Source: a virus. From it: DNA of 64,000 bases. How positions within the stretch are numbered: the first letter of the stretch is position 1; each line of letters begins with the position of its first letter. Shown in pieces: positions 1 to 9,396 of this stretch. The stretch covers positions 1-64,000 of the IMG/VR virus record IMGVR_UViG_3300020220_003756. The stretch is one strand, 5' to 3'. The notes under the pieces were generated by a model. It did not search any database. It was not told where the DNA came from and was given only the letters and a program-made list of their open reading frames with translations. Both the position numbers and the translations under genes were made by a program.

Positions 1-108
1 TCTGCTGAATAGATTATTTAAAGCCAAAATTGCTAATCCAATGACGATCAGTGATACTGAAAATAATACCGATCCTACTAAAAAATTTACTGCTGATTGA
101 ATATCCAT
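1..108 (-). CDS. partial small membrane protein (runs off window edge)
   Basis: ATG at 108 reads MDIQSAVNFLVGSVLFSVSLIVIGLAILALNNLFSR with no stop; follows the 111..359 stop. Confidence 0.6.
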   Translation of the reverse strand, partial: MDIQSAVNFLVGSVLFSVSLIVIGLAILALNNLFSR

Positions 109-110
109 TT

Positions 111-359
111 TTATCCCCGATTTAACTCGGCCCAAGTTAGAAACTGTTTAAAAGCATTATACACGGTTTCTGCTTCTTTGTCATCCACAGGAACCTTGAT
201 ACCTCGAACATAGAACCCATCTGGCGCCACACGCATCATTTCGCATCCGCCTGCGATCATAGTGAGGCTATTTTGGTGCTGCTCATATTCTGGATCAATA
301 CCGATGTTAACATTGGTACTAGCAATAGGATAGTTTGGTTGATAATTAAAATTATTCAC
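111..359 (-). CDS. hypothetical phage protein
   Basis: 82 aa ORF in a tightly packed minus-strand operon. Confidence 0.6.
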   Translation of the reverse strand: MNNFNYQPNYPIASTNVNIGIDPEYEQHQNSLTMIAGGCEMMRVAPDGFYVRGIKVPVDDKEAETVYNAFKQFLTWAELNRG

Positions 360-582
360 TGCTCAGCCCTCCAAACAGCAGTTCTCGTTCCGTCATGTAT
401 GCCACAGGTTTCAGCCAACCGTTGTTGATACATTCCTGTAGAACTACCTTGTATTCTGCGGGACAGCGATCTGAGATCTCAAATCCTGCTCTGGTAGCCA
501 TAAAAAACTCATCCTGGATTTGGAATCTGGGATCATCTTGGCGGATGGTCCGGATCTGGCTTTTACGAGTTTTGATATTCAT
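352..582 (-). CDS. hypothetical phage protein
   Basis: 76 aa, overlaps both neighbours. Confidence 0.65.
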   Translation of the reverse strand: MNIKTRKSQIRTIRQDDPRFQIQDEFFMATRAGFEISDRCPAEYKVVLQECINNGWLKPVAYMTERELLFGGLSSE

Positions 583-1030
583 TTTCTTTCGCCAATTTGC
601 ACATCAGTTGAAAATGTTCGTAGGCACGACGCACAGATTCATGCGCCATGAGTTTATCTGCTTCAGCCATCATAGCCTTGACACCTGCTTCCGCTACATC
701 ACGCATGGCGGGTCTGCGTAGGCTACGGGCTTCGTCGCCCCATACAGCGATGAGATTGTTCCAGGCATCTCGCTCTGCTTCAGTCATCGCACGACGGGTC
801 GGCTGTATCTCGTCCGCCTTGACCATGGCGGTACAGACCGCATCTTCCGCCACACGACCGGCAGCGATCATAGCCGCATAGGCAGGGTCGATGTTAAAAC
901 GCCGGCTGGAACCACCGGGGTACGACATGACCAGATGAGTACCTTTGGGGAAACTGTCTAACCAATCGTTGTCGTACTCTGCCACGGGAACATATCGTCG
1001 TCCCTGCTTTTCGTAGTAAGTTTTTTTCAT
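563..1030 (-). CDS. hypothetical phage protein
   Basis: 155 aa, ATGA-coupled to the upstream gene. Confidence 0.75.
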   Translation of the reverse strand: MKKTYYEKQGRRYVPVAEYDNDWLDSFPKGTHLVMSYPGGSSRRFNIDPAYAAMIAAGRVAEDAVCTAMVKADEIQPTRRAMTEAERDAWNNLIAVWGDEARSLRRPAMRDVAEAGVKAMMAEADKLMAHESVRRAYEHFQLMCKLAKENEYQNS

Positions 1031-1830
1031 AGTTCAATGACTTTCTCCGGATCCCATCCGGTATCTTCGCTCCAACCATTGGTCTGATGGTAACCACGAG
1101 GATTACACACAACACGACAATCACCCACCATATAGTCAAAACAATGATGCGTATGTCCATGCGTCCAAAGTTTGATCTGAGGATGATCTAACATGATGTC
1201 GGTAAGATCGCTGTGGTAAGCACCGTTCATGATATGATCGTTGCCGTACATCTCGTGACAACTTAGATGGCTAGGGGTATGATGACCAACTACCACTACT
1301 CGCTTATCTTGATTTTCTTTAGCGATCAGTTCGATATATTGACGAGTCTCGAGGTGACGATCAGCGGTACGAGACGGTTTCAATTTAGTATAACCTAATC
1401 CATCATCGGTAATAGCACGAAAATCGTTCATCATATCACGGACCGCGTGTAGAGTCAAGGGATCGCCACGGTTCATATCCGTCCAAAGCGTGCCTCCTAT
1501 GAACACCACATCATCTATGATTTTGGTTTCACGCTCGAGGAAGTAGATGTTATCGTGGACCGAACAGGCCGCACGTAGATTGTCTATGCTCTTTGACCAG
1601 TAGCCACCATAGAACTCGTGGTTGCCAGCGATGTAGATCACGTGGGGGAATTGGAAACTGCATCGCTTGAGGAAATCTCTGAAACGGACGCCTAGTTCGC
1701 TTTCGGGCTTTAAAACTTTCTCAGCCAGCATGATATCACCTCCGAGGATCAACACATCCGCATTTTGGGTGTTTTTGATGTTGATGTCGGAGAATTCTAG
1801 ATGTAGATCAGATACTAATTGTATTTTCAT
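1027..1830 (-). CDS. calcineurin-like metallophosphoesterase
   Basis: motifs SDLH, GDI, GNHE, GHH, HGHTH, NPRGY. Confidence 0.93.
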   Translation of the reverse strand: MKIQLVSDLHLEFSDINIKNTQNADVLILGGDIMLAEKVLKPESELGVRFRDFLKRCSFQFPHVIYIAGNHEFYGGYWSKSIDNLRAACSVHDNIYFLERETKIIDDVVFIGGTLWTDMNRGDPLTLHAVRDMMNDFRAITDDGLGYTKLKPSRTADRHLETRQYIELIAKENQDKRVVVVGHHTPSHLSCHEMYGNDHIMNGAYHSDLTDIMLDHPQIKLWTHGHTHHCFDYMVGDCRVVCNPRGYHQTNGWSEDTGWDPEKVIEL

Positions 1831-1836
1831 ACTAAT

Positions 1837-1865
1837 ATTATACTATCAGTATGTTAGATTGTCAA
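1837..1865 (-). promoter_or_regulatory. consensus sigma70 promoter, probably leaderless transcript
   Basis: TTGACA-17 bp-TATAAT, then 6 nt to ATG at 1830. Confidence 0.85.
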
Positions 1866-1954
1866 CTAAAGAGATCCGATGATTCTGTAAGGAAGATACC
1901 AAAATTCCAAAGAAAAACGCACCCAATTATCGAACCAAATTTCCCAGGGAGTCA

Positions 1955-2281
1955 TCATTGACCACTTAGTGGACGAAAACCTTCACCTACGGCTACGACG
2001 CAATACATATCTTTGGTAAATCGTTCAACGATAGTCCAAGACTGTGTTTTTGGGTTGACGAATATGACTAGGTTGTTTTTTACCAAACCTACTCCAGGCA
2101 GGTCTCTCATCGAAACTCCGCCAGCGAAACTCAGTTCTTCGAACTCTGTAATGGTCTGGGTGATACCTCGTTTATCTACGCACATCAGGCTGGTAGGAAA
2201 CTGAGTTATCTCACTGGCTGTTGAAGGGTGGATTATGCCCGCAGTCAAGGCTATTAGTGTTAAGATTTTTTTCAACATCAC
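1955..2281 (-). CDS. secreted hypothetical protein
   Basis: N-terminal signal peptide, AAGGAG SD, upstream TAAATA. Confidence 0.75.
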   Translation of the reverse strand: MMLKKILTLIALTAGIIHPSTASEITQFPTSLMCVDKRGITQTITEFEELSFAGGVSMRDLPGVGLVKNNLVIFVNPKTQSWTIVERFTKDMYCVVAVGEGFRPLSGQ

Positions 2282-2315
2282 TGCGCTCCTTTTTCAAACC
2301 ACAGTATTATTTAAC

Positions 2316-2342
2316 AAAAAAGCCCGGATAATCCGGGCTTTT
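2316..2342. terminator. bidirectional intrinsic terminator
   Basis: AAAAAAGCCCGGATAATCCGGGCTTTT; near-identical hairpin at 26810-26828. Confidence 0.85.
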
Positions 2343-2364
2343 CATGATCGACTATTATCTGCTT

Positions 2365-2877
2365 TTATTTTCCCGCCAGCGGATTATCCACAGCTTCTTT
2401 GATCTTCTTTTCGAGATCTGCTTTTTGATTACGCATCTCGCGATCTACTTCTTTGCGTGTATCACGGAGCTCGTTCCGCATGTCTTTGACATCTGCCAGT
2501 GTTTCTCTCTGTAGTTGTTTTGAGCTACGCTCTACTGATTCTACTACACCTTCTAGCCTGCGGATATCCTGTTTTAAATCATTTTTGATTTCGTTGGTAA
2601 ATTGCATAGTCTTTTCGGTGTTTTGTACAGCCAACTCTATCTTCTTGTTGAGTTCGGATAGATCTGGAGCCACATAGGTCTGTATGGCTTCTTTCATTGA
2701 CATGTAGTCTTTGTACACTTCGAAGGCACCCCAAAGACCACCTAGCACCGATGATAGGATACCGCCTGCTATCATTAGTTTAGCAGGAGTGAAATTGTAT
2801 CCTCCTATCGAGATCACTGTGTTAGGGTCGACTGCGGCTTCTAGTTTGTCTACTTGTTCGTCGATGTTTTTTGACAT
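2365..2877 (-). CDS. membrane-anchored coiled-coil protein
   Basis: one TM helix plus long coiled coil; start revised to MSKNIDEQ (TAATG coupling, GGAG SD). Confidence 0.8.
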   Translation of the reverse strand: MSKNIDEQVDKLEAAVDPNTVISIGGYNFTPAKLMIAGGILSSVLGGLWGAFEVYKDYMSMKEAIQTYVAPDLSELNKKIELAVQNTEKTMQFTNEIKNDLKQDIRRLEGVVESVERSSKQLQRETLADVKDMRNELRDTRKEVDREMRNQKADLEKKIKEAVDNPLAGK

Positions 2878-3014
2878 TATTTCTCTCCTTTCCAAAACCC
2901 CCACGGGTCATGTATTTTCTTTTCTACTTGTTTAGGTTCTCGATAGTACCATACAGCCACCGATGTCAGCACTAAAATTTCTAACAGATAAAAAACCATA
3001 AACGCCTCAAACAT
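2877..3014 (-). CDS. 45 aa single-TM protein (not in ORF track)
   Basis: MFEAFMVFYLLEILVLTSVAVWYYREPKQVEKKIHDPWGFWKGEK; fills the gap exactly, TAATG coupling. Confidence 0.65.
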   Translation of the reverse strand: MFEAFMVFYLLEILVLTSVAVWYYREPKQVEKKIHDPWGFWKGEK

Positions 3015-3015
3015 A

Positions 3016-5376
3016 TCACTGTCCTATGTTATACTGCTGATCGACCATGCGCTGATGTAATCTATCAGAGCCTAGCCCTCTGAGAGCGGCAGCGTTATCC
3101 ACGTTTCTCTGCCCTCTGTAAATCTCTCTGCTGGTATAGAACTGGCTGTCTTTCAACTGTGAATTTAGATAGGTATTGAAATCTGCTGGTGCTGCTGCCA
3201 GTGTGCTCATATCTGCTCCGCCTTCCATACCTTCTACAGCACCGCCTCGTCGAACACTAGGTCCGGTTGGTGGCTGTGATCCCGGCACTTCATTGGTTTT
3301 GGTATTATTGTTGGCCTGTAGATTTAGATTATTCTGCGAAGAGGATCTTTCAGATGTTCTAGATTCTTCTGAAGAATCTTGACTCACACCTATAGGACGG
3401 AATCCCTGTAGGGTGATGCCAGTGCCCAAACCTGCCGCTTCGCTCACAGACTGGTCCAACTGTGAAATTTCAACTGCTTCTTGCGCACGAGACTCTGCTA
3501 GTCTAGTAGCAGCAGCGGCTGCCGATCTAGCCACGGCCACGGCCCTAGGATTAGACTGTTTTTTCTCTTCTTCCTTTTTGGTTTCTTGTTTTTCAGCATC
3601 CTTGGCTGCTTCTTTGATAGATTCTTTGGCTGATCCAGTCTGACCGGTTGGGGCAGATATTTCTCCAGTAGTCGATAGTTCTACTCCGCCAGCATCTACC
3701 ACTACTGTAGATTCATTCCTAGTTGGATCTGCTACGATCAGAGAACTGGTCGTCGAAGGCTGTTCTACGACCGCGATCTTGGATTCTACGGCGGTAGAGG
3801 GAGAATTCTGGAGTACGAAGGCAGCGGCATATCCCGGACATTGGCTGTTGTAAAGAGCATTTAGTTGGCATTGTTGATCGAAGTATGCCTGTGCATATCC
3901 CGGACAACTTTCATTGTATAGAGGATTCAGACTGCACTGTTGATTGAAATAAGCCTGTGCATATCCCGGACAACTTTCATTGTATAGAGAATTCAGGCTG
4001 CACTGTTGATTGAAATAAGCCTGCTGATATCCTGGACACGAAGCGCTGTACAGAGTGTTTATAGAACACTGTTGAGTTAAGTATGCTGCGGCATATCCGG
4101 GACAGCCGCTGTCGTACAGAGCACTCGTGCTACATTGTTGGTCGTAATAGGCCTGTGCATATCCGGGACAGGTCTGATCATATAACGGATTAGCAGAACA
4201 TTGTTGTTGAAAGAAAGCTTCTGCATAACCAGTACAGCTAACACTAAACAAAGGATTCATCACGCATTGATCTGGAGTATATCTAGCATTGACATAGATA
4301 TTTTGTATTTCTGCATTGTCCCAAGTTTGACCTTGTATTGAAAAATTTCCTAAACTTAAACTATTTGTACTGTTGGGTAAATTGTATGAATATGATTTAC
4401 TTTGATAGCTATTGATATCATTGTAATCTCTGGTAACAGAATAAATGCTTTGACCCGCACTATCCGTAATATTAACAGTTGTTCTGGCCAAAGGATCTCT
4501 TTTATCTAAACATAATATCAACCAAACAGCACAATACGGATCATTGCTTTTTACATCGTAGCCCCAATTAAATCCATGTACTTTTACTCCCAAGCCACCA
4601 TGTTGTAGTGCTGTGCTTATGGCTATGATTTCATTGAAAGACTGCCCCCAGCTTATCGATGGATTACTGCCCATCAAATTGCCTGATGTAACTATGTCAT
4701 TGAATCCCGGACAACTGCTAGAATACAACGGATTGGCTACACAAGGATCTACAGAGTATTTTAATCTTACATCTACGTCTTTGATCTGCGGACCGTAATA
4801 TCCTGCCCACCAACGATCATCTTTACCGGTTAAACTGAGATTTAAACTACCTAGAGACAAGGGATTATATTGAACTCCAAAATTCTGTACACCACTGACA
4901 TTGGTCCAACCGGCGGTTGTCTGAGGCATGTTGTAATTATAACTGTGTAGTACAGCGCCTGTGTTACTTCTTATATTGATGTTGGCAGATAATGTACCTC
5001 TACTGAAGTCTTGATTGAGGTAATTCCAACTGTAGGTATATCCATCAACTAATACGCCAGAACCTGCGTTAGCAAAGGCAACAGGTATTGACGTAGAATA
5101 AGATACAGTACCTTGATTATAGCCAAACATCCATGTGCCAGTAGCGGGATTAAATCCTGGTACATTGCCACCAGAAGTTCCGCCACCGTTTGAATTAGTA
5201 CCGACAAATGATCCAGACCAGGATGCACCCTGAGCGGCATATCCACCAGGCGGCGGATTAGCATCAGTATAGATTAGATTACCTGTGGTGGGATCTATCT
5301 GCTGTGCGTTAGAATATTGCGAAAAGCAAAGCACCAAGCAAAGCGCCGAAGCCAGTTTTCTTATAGAAGTCATCAC
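3016..5376 (-). CDS. large secreted protein with duplicated beta-rich domain and Cys repeats
   Basis: signal peptide; two similar domains each ending in DxCxxNPLxSxSCxG; 7 tandem 22-aa repeats. Confidence 0.85.
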   Translation of the reverse strand: MMTSIRKLASALCLVLCFSQYSNAQQIDPTTGNLIYTDANPPPGGYAAQGASWSGSFVGTNSNGGGTSGGNVPGFNPATGTWMFGYNQGTVSYSTSIPVAFANAGSGVLVDGYTYSWNYLNQDFSRGTLSANINIRSNTGAVLHSYNYNMPQTTAGWTNVSGVQNFGVQYNPLSLGSLNLSLTGKDDRWWAGYYGPQIKDVDVRLKYSVDPCVANPLYSSSCPGFNDIVTSGNLMGSNPSISWGQSFNEIIAISTALQHGGLGVKVHGFNWGYDVKSNDPYCAVWLILCLDKRDPLARTTVNITDSAGQSIYSVTRDYNDINSYQSKSYSYNLPNSTNSLSLGNFSIQGQTWDNAEIQNIYVNARYTPDQCVMNPLFSVSCTGYAEAFFQQQCSANPLYDQTCPGYAQAYYDQQCSTSALYDSGCPGYAAAYLTQQCSINTLYSASCPGYQQAYFNQQCSLNSLYNESCPGYAQAYFNQQCSLNPLYNESCPGYAQAYFDQQCQLNALYNSQCPGYAAAFVLQNSPSTAVESKIAVVEQPSTTSSLIVADPTRNESTVVVDAGGVELSTTGEISAPTGQTGSAKESIKEAAKDAEKQETKKEEEKKQSNPRAVAVARSAAAAATRLAESRAQEAVEISQLDQSVSEAAGLGTGITLQGFRPIGVSQDSSEESRTSERSSSQNNLNLQANNNTKTNEVPGSQPPTGPSVRRGGAVEGMEGGADMSTLAAAPADFNTYLNSQLKDSQFYTSREIYRGQRNVDNAAALRGLGSDRLHQRMVDQQYNIGQ
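3811..4272 (-). repeat. 7 x 66-bp coding tandem repeat (QQCxxNxLYxxxCPGYxxAYxx)
   Basis: GCATATCCCGGACA recurs at 3827, 3893, 3959 with period 66. Confidence 0.92.
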
Positions 5377-6103
5377 CCTTTATCACCTCAGGTTTTGGAA
5401 CTTTGTCGGGATTGTTGGTCCAGGCAACTTTGGCCTTATCTCCGATCATGCCTTCGTAAGGACAAGGCGTGCCAGCGTTCCACATGGCATCAAACACTCT
5501 GCGGTCTTGACATAAGGTTGCCACAGCGGCCACTTTCATGCCCATGTCATATAGAGTCTTGGCGTTTTTCAATCTTTCGCAGTTCATATCACGGACCGTG
5601 CCGCCTGAACTGACTCCAAGGATCTGTGTCTGTACAGCACCGCTGGTGCCAACTGTACATAGATCGTTGTTGCCTCCGCTCATCATAGCAGGTGCTATAG
5701 CAGTCGGGGGAGGTTGTTCTATCTTTTGATTTATGGTCGAATCGTTGATATTACGATTAGTCATATCTCCAGAATTGATATTACGATTGGTATTATCGCT
5801 GGTGCTGGTGTTGTTATTATTGTTAGTATTCGTGTTAGCGCTGGTCGTATGACCAGTATTGACATTGTTGTTGGTATTAGTACTGGTACTAGTGCTGACG
5901 TTGTTATTGTTGTTTGTATTGGTACTAACACTGTTAACGGTAGTTTCGTTAATATTGGTGTTTGTATTGGTGCTGGTGCTGTTAACTGTGCTCGTTGATG
6001 TGCTGTTATTATTGGTGTTAACAGTGGTCGCATCTTGGGCCACAGCAATGCTAGGGATAGAAAACAATCCCGCAACAATGCTCGTTATTATAACTTTTTT
6101 CAT
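5309..6103 (-). CDS. secreted Asn/Thr-rich protein with Cys domain and C-terminal anchor
   Basis: signal peptide, NTNNNNN low-complexity tract, DLC...NCERLK...LCQD...GTPCP, hydrophobic C-terminus. Confidence 0.85.
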   Translation of the reverse strand: MKKVIITSIVAGLFSIPSIAVAQDATTVNTNNNSTSTSTVNSTSTNTNTNINETTVNSVSTNTNNNNNVSTSTSTNTNNNVNTGHTTSANTNTNNNNNTSTSDNTNRNINSGDMTNRNINDSTINQKIEQPPPTAIAPAMMSGGNNDLCTVGTSGAVQTQILGVSSGGTVRDMNCERLKNAKTLYDMGMKVAAVATLCQDRRVFDAMWNAGTPCPYEGMIGDKAKVAWTNNPDKVPKPEVIKGDDFYKKTGFGALLGALLFAIF

Positions 6104-6107
6104 TCTA

Positions 6108-6148
6108 TTCGCTCCCGGGTTGGGTTGTATATTATTTAACGGAGCGAA
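6108..6148 (-). promoter_or_regulatory. late promoter inside an SD-sequestering hairpin
   Basis: inverted repeat TTCGCTCC (6108-6115) / GGAGCGAA (6141-6148) encloses TAAATA (6133-6138). Confidence 0.65.
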
Positions 6149-6169
6149 CTAAAGAATTATCAGCTGTGA

Positions 6170-7552
6170 TTATGAAGGATCAAATGCGAATGTGTAACGA
6201 CCATTAGTACCGGTTGAATAGTAAACCTTGCTGGCATCTAGAGATATCTTGCCTTTAAAGTTAGGAGGATATAATGCATCAAAACCTGTGACAGCGACAT
6301 CATTACCTTGTTTGGCAGTTTGAGTATAGATTTGCACGATAGGAGACGAGTTGACTAATTTAATACAGGTGTCTCCAAACCCCTTAATTTTGTTTACTTC
6401 TGATGCCATATCCTCAGCGATGACCGATAATACTTGATAACCTATATTATATCTAGGATTCTTTTTGTCTGCTTTTTTCCTACTGGCATAGGATTCTAGA
6501 ACAGATTGATATTGAGGATAGGCGTTGAAGTCCGGTGGGTTTTTAGCGATCAGATCTTTGATGATCGGCTGAAGAGCAACGACGTCCGGTTTTTTTAATT
6601 CTTCGGCAATAGCGAACGGTCCATTAACAGACGACGCTTCCGCGACTATTTTGATTATGGCTATAGCTTCTGGGTTGTTTGTTATTAAAGATTGGTCTTG
6701 CTGCTTTTCTATGACTTTGATTCCGTCATAGATGTTTTTTATACTAGCTTTTGCTCCGTCCTTACCTTTGCTGGATATTCCTAGTGTTATTCCTGTTGGC
6801 AATTCTATTTCACTATCGACCAATCCGCTGGTTTTCTGATTCGAAAACTTGATAGTTCCAGACCAAGGCGCATTGTTGTTTAAAGTTTCCCTCGCTTCTT
6901 CGGAACCTGGTGTTTTAATTAAGCCGACCAACAATGCTATAGGAGCGAGTACTTCACCAAAATCATCTCTGATTGCAGTTTCTTTTTCAGCCATACCTTT
7001 GAACATCGGTAATTGACCTCGTAATATTACAGCGGCATCGGCTGCCAATGGTTGTCCGTTTGGTGATGCAGATAGTTCTTTGATCAGTGCCTGTGGTGTT
7101 GCAAATTTTGAACCAGGTGCAAAAATATCTAATGGTTTCATTTTATAACTAGATTTAAGGCTAGAAGCCTTTTGCAATTGATAATTACCAGGAAGACCGT
7201 CGTTCTTCCATTGTCCTGTCATGTCATTGGTAATTTGTTTGAAATATCTAGCAAAATATACCATCTTGTTGGTCTTGGTATCTTTGAACTCTAGAACAGC
7301 CACTGCCCGCATAGAATTATCTTGATTGTTTACAAACACTACATTCGGATAGTTTTTCTTTAGTTGCTCGACCCCCGCATCTAATTCTTCTTTGGTCTTA
7401 TAGGCACCAGGTTGGCTTGGTATATAAGCGACCTGTTGGAATTCGATTTCCTGCCCTTGCGGATTGACAAACTTGTCACCTCTATCTCTGTACAAGAGAC
7501 CTCGGGCTTTTTCTAAAAGTATTGATTCAGATAAAAATTCAAATGCTCGCAT
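6170..7552 (-). CDS. hypothetical protein, probable virion/internal protein
   Basis: start revised to MRAFEFLSE, 5 nt after TAAATA. Confidence 0.8.
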   Translation of the reverse strand: MRAFEFLSESILLEKARGLLYRDRGDKFVNPQGQEIEFQQVAYIPSQPGAYKTKEELDAGVEQLKKNYPNVVFVNNQDNSMRAVAVLEFKDTKTNKMVYFARYFKQITNDMTGQWKNDGLPGNYQLQKASSLKSSYKMKPLDIFAPGSKFATPQALIKELSASPNGQPLAADAAVILRGQLPMFKGMAEKETAIRDDFGEVLAPIALLVGLIKTPGSEEARETLNNNAPWSGTIKFSNQKTSGLVDSEIELPTGITLGISSKGKDGAKASIKNIYDGIKVIEKQQDQSLITNNPEAIAIIKIVAEASSVNGPFAIAEELKKPDVVALQPIIKDLIAKNPPDFNAYPQYQSVLESYASRKKADKKNPRYNIGYQVLSVIAEDMASEVNKIKGFGDTCIKLVNSSPIVQIYTQTAKQGNDVAVTGFDALYPPNFKGKISLDASKVYYSTGTNGRYTFAFDPS

Positions 7553-7560
7553 TAGAGTAT

Positions 7561-8247
7561 TTATCGTATTTCTGGGAACAGACAATCCTGGATAAACACA
7601 CGGACATCTTTTTCTGACAGACCCAGGCTGACCATGACTCTAGGTGTGTGCGGATTCTGCTTTTGGTTCTGTGCGTAATAGTTTTGTTCGAATGTATTGT
7701 CTGTGATGGTCCATGCAGTGTCCATAACTGTGGCAGTATAGTTATATACGCACTTTTCTGCTAGCTCTCGGATCTGTGCCAGTTCGGTTTCGTCCTGTAC
7801 ATTGCCCGCGGCCACCATCGAGGGACTGAATATGCGCTGAGCCCAATCTGGCAGAGCACGTTCTTTTCGCCACTCTAGGCTAGCTACTTCTTCTGCGAAC
7901 CATTCGCACATAGGATGTTCACGATCTGAGGTAGGTGAATAATCTACGAAACAGCCCGTGATCTTGTTTTTACCTGCGATGACATCAAATCCGAATATAG
8001 GAGCAGGATTGTTTGTGTGTGGAAATACGCAACAGTGCATCATCCACAGTCCCTTGGTTTCTCGGGCGTCGACTACGTCTACGTGTGCCCTTCGATAGAA
8101 TGTTCCAGTCCACACTCTATTGACCCAACCGGGCTGATTGAATCTGTCCATACCCGGTTCGAATATTTCTAATCCTGTCCGAGAAAAATGATTTATGAAT
8201 AGATCTTGTATCTCAATCAGCGTCTGCCAGACATTACTGTTTGACAT
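7561..8247 (-). CDS. pcyX: ferredoxin-dependent bilin reductase, PcyX/PcyA-like
   Basis: RRAHVD...MMHCC...PIFGFDVIAG...DYSP and NQKQNPHT; directly downstream of heme oxygenase. Confidence 0.85.
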   Translation of the reverse strand: MSNSNVWQTLIEIQDLFINHFSRTGLEIFEPGMDRFNQPGWVNRVWTGTFYRRAHVDVVDARETKGLWMMHCCVFPHTNNPAPIFGFDVIAGKNKITGCFVDYSPTSDREHPMCEWFAEEVASLEWRKERALPDWAQRIFSPSMVAAGNVQDETELAQIRELAEKCVYNYTATVMDTAWTITDNTFEQNYYAQNQKQNPHTPRVMVSLGLSEKDVRVFIQDCLFPEIR

Positions 8248-8773
8248 ACTGCATCATCTCTTCAAAAAATCTAGCAGCGTATCCGAAACATAATTTTGCT
8301 TCGTCAGCCATCGAGTCGTCGACTTTGGCACGTATCTTTGTTTTTAAATCATCGACGTTCTCGAATTGATAATATTTTCCGCTGCCTGGGATTCTTTTAG
8401 CGATCATCTGACCGCCAGCTAGATCTCCCATATGTCTGACATAGATATGGGACATTAGTTTTCTAACATCATCTTTGATACTGATGATATATTTTGTATA
8501 ATCTTTAACTACTGGACACAGTGCTGGTGCAACTTCACCTTTCCATAGTTCTTCGAAATCTGTTCGGATCGCTTTGCTACGTAAAATTCCCGGAACATCG
8601 TTTAAAATTCCGTGAGGCATAGTACAGACCTCTAATATTTCATACATAGGAAATTGATTATATAGATACGTCGCGTATAATTGAGGATCGATATCACCTT
8701 TAAACAAAATTTTAACAAATGGTCTTGTTTCGGCGAATTTGTGTTCTTCGTAAGTAAGTTCTTTTAGGCTCAT
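8234..8773 (-). CDS. hemO: heme oxygenase
   Basis: TxEEHxxAE heme ligand and HIYVRHMGDLAGGQ distal-helix motif. Confidence 0.92.
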   Translation of the reverse strand: MSLKELTYEEHKFAETRPFVKILFKGDIDPQLYATYLYNQFPMYEILEVCTMPHGILNDVPGILRSKAIRTDFEELWKGEVAPALCPVVKDYTKYIISIKDDVRKLMSHIYVRHMGDLAGGQMIAKRIPGSGKYYQFENVDDLKTKIRAKVDDSMADEAKLCFGYAARFFEEMMQYVKQ

Positions 8774-8784
8774 AATATATGTAT

Positions 8785-9045
8785 TTAATCTTTAAGCCTT
8801 AACAAAAAAAATAATAAATCTTTTTCGTCATTTAATTTCAGAATATATTCTCGATCAGTCCTTTGATAATTCCATTTTTTTCCCAGTGGTCCTAGGCTTT
8901 CTTCAAAAAATTGCAACATCTTTTTTCGACCTCGGGTACCATTAGATTCAGATACTGGACGCCTGTCTCTAAAATGCACCCAAAATCCGAATCTACGGGC
9001 TCCGGTTGATTTATATTTTAATAATTTAACATCATCGAATGTCAT
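8785..9045 (-). CDS. hypothetical protein
   Basis: 86 aa, ATGA-coupled to clpS. Confidence 0.65.
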   Translation of the reverse strand: MTFDDVKLLKYKSTGARRFGFWVHFRDRRPVSESNGTRGRKKMLQFFEESLGPLGKKWNYQRTDREYILKLNDEKDLLFFLLRLKD

Positions 9046-9344
9046 TGTTCCATTTCTAAAGTAATTTGCAAAGGAAAACCATGACTGCGAGCTAATGTGG
9101 TAGATTCGATTCCTTTTGTTTCTGCTATCTCGTGCGTATAAACACCTACTACCGCGCTGCCTGTTTGATGTATTTCTAAAGTTAAATTTTTAGCAGTGGT
9201 TTCGTCGTGTCTAAAAATCTGAGTTAACAGATCGATAACGAACTCCATCGGCGTTTTATCATCGTTCAAAAATATAACTTTCCACATTTTCGGAGGTTGT
9301 AGACTAGTTGTTATTTTTTCGTCGATTTGTGCATCTATAGACAT
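9042..9344 (-). CDS. clpS: Clp protease adaptor ClpS
   Basis: PKMWKVIFLNDDKTPMEFV...IHQTG...GFPL. Confidence 0.95.
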   Translation of the reverse strand: MSIDAQIDEKITTSLQPPKMWKVIFLNDDKTPMEFVIDLLTQIFRHDETTAKNLTLEIHQTGSAVVGVYTHEIAETKGIESTTLARSHGFPLQITLEMEQ

Positions 9345-9359
9345 CTTTTCTCCCGAGTT

Positions 9360-9383
9360 GAGTTCGGAGTCTCCCCCGAACTC
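9360..9383. terminator. hairpin between hsp20 and clpS
   Basis: GAGTTCGG...CCGAACTC 8-bp stem; no clear U tract. Confidence 0.45.
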
Positions 9384-9396
9384 TGTGACTAATACT

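Noticed and set aside
3811-4272. Regular 66-bp periodicity resembling a CRISPR array
   Set aside because: Whole units are similar, in frame and protein-coding; no unique spacers and no cas genes
5714-6152. Hydrophobic plus-strand ORFs (LLLVLVLV...)
   Set aside because: Antisense artefact of the Asn/Thr codon repeats
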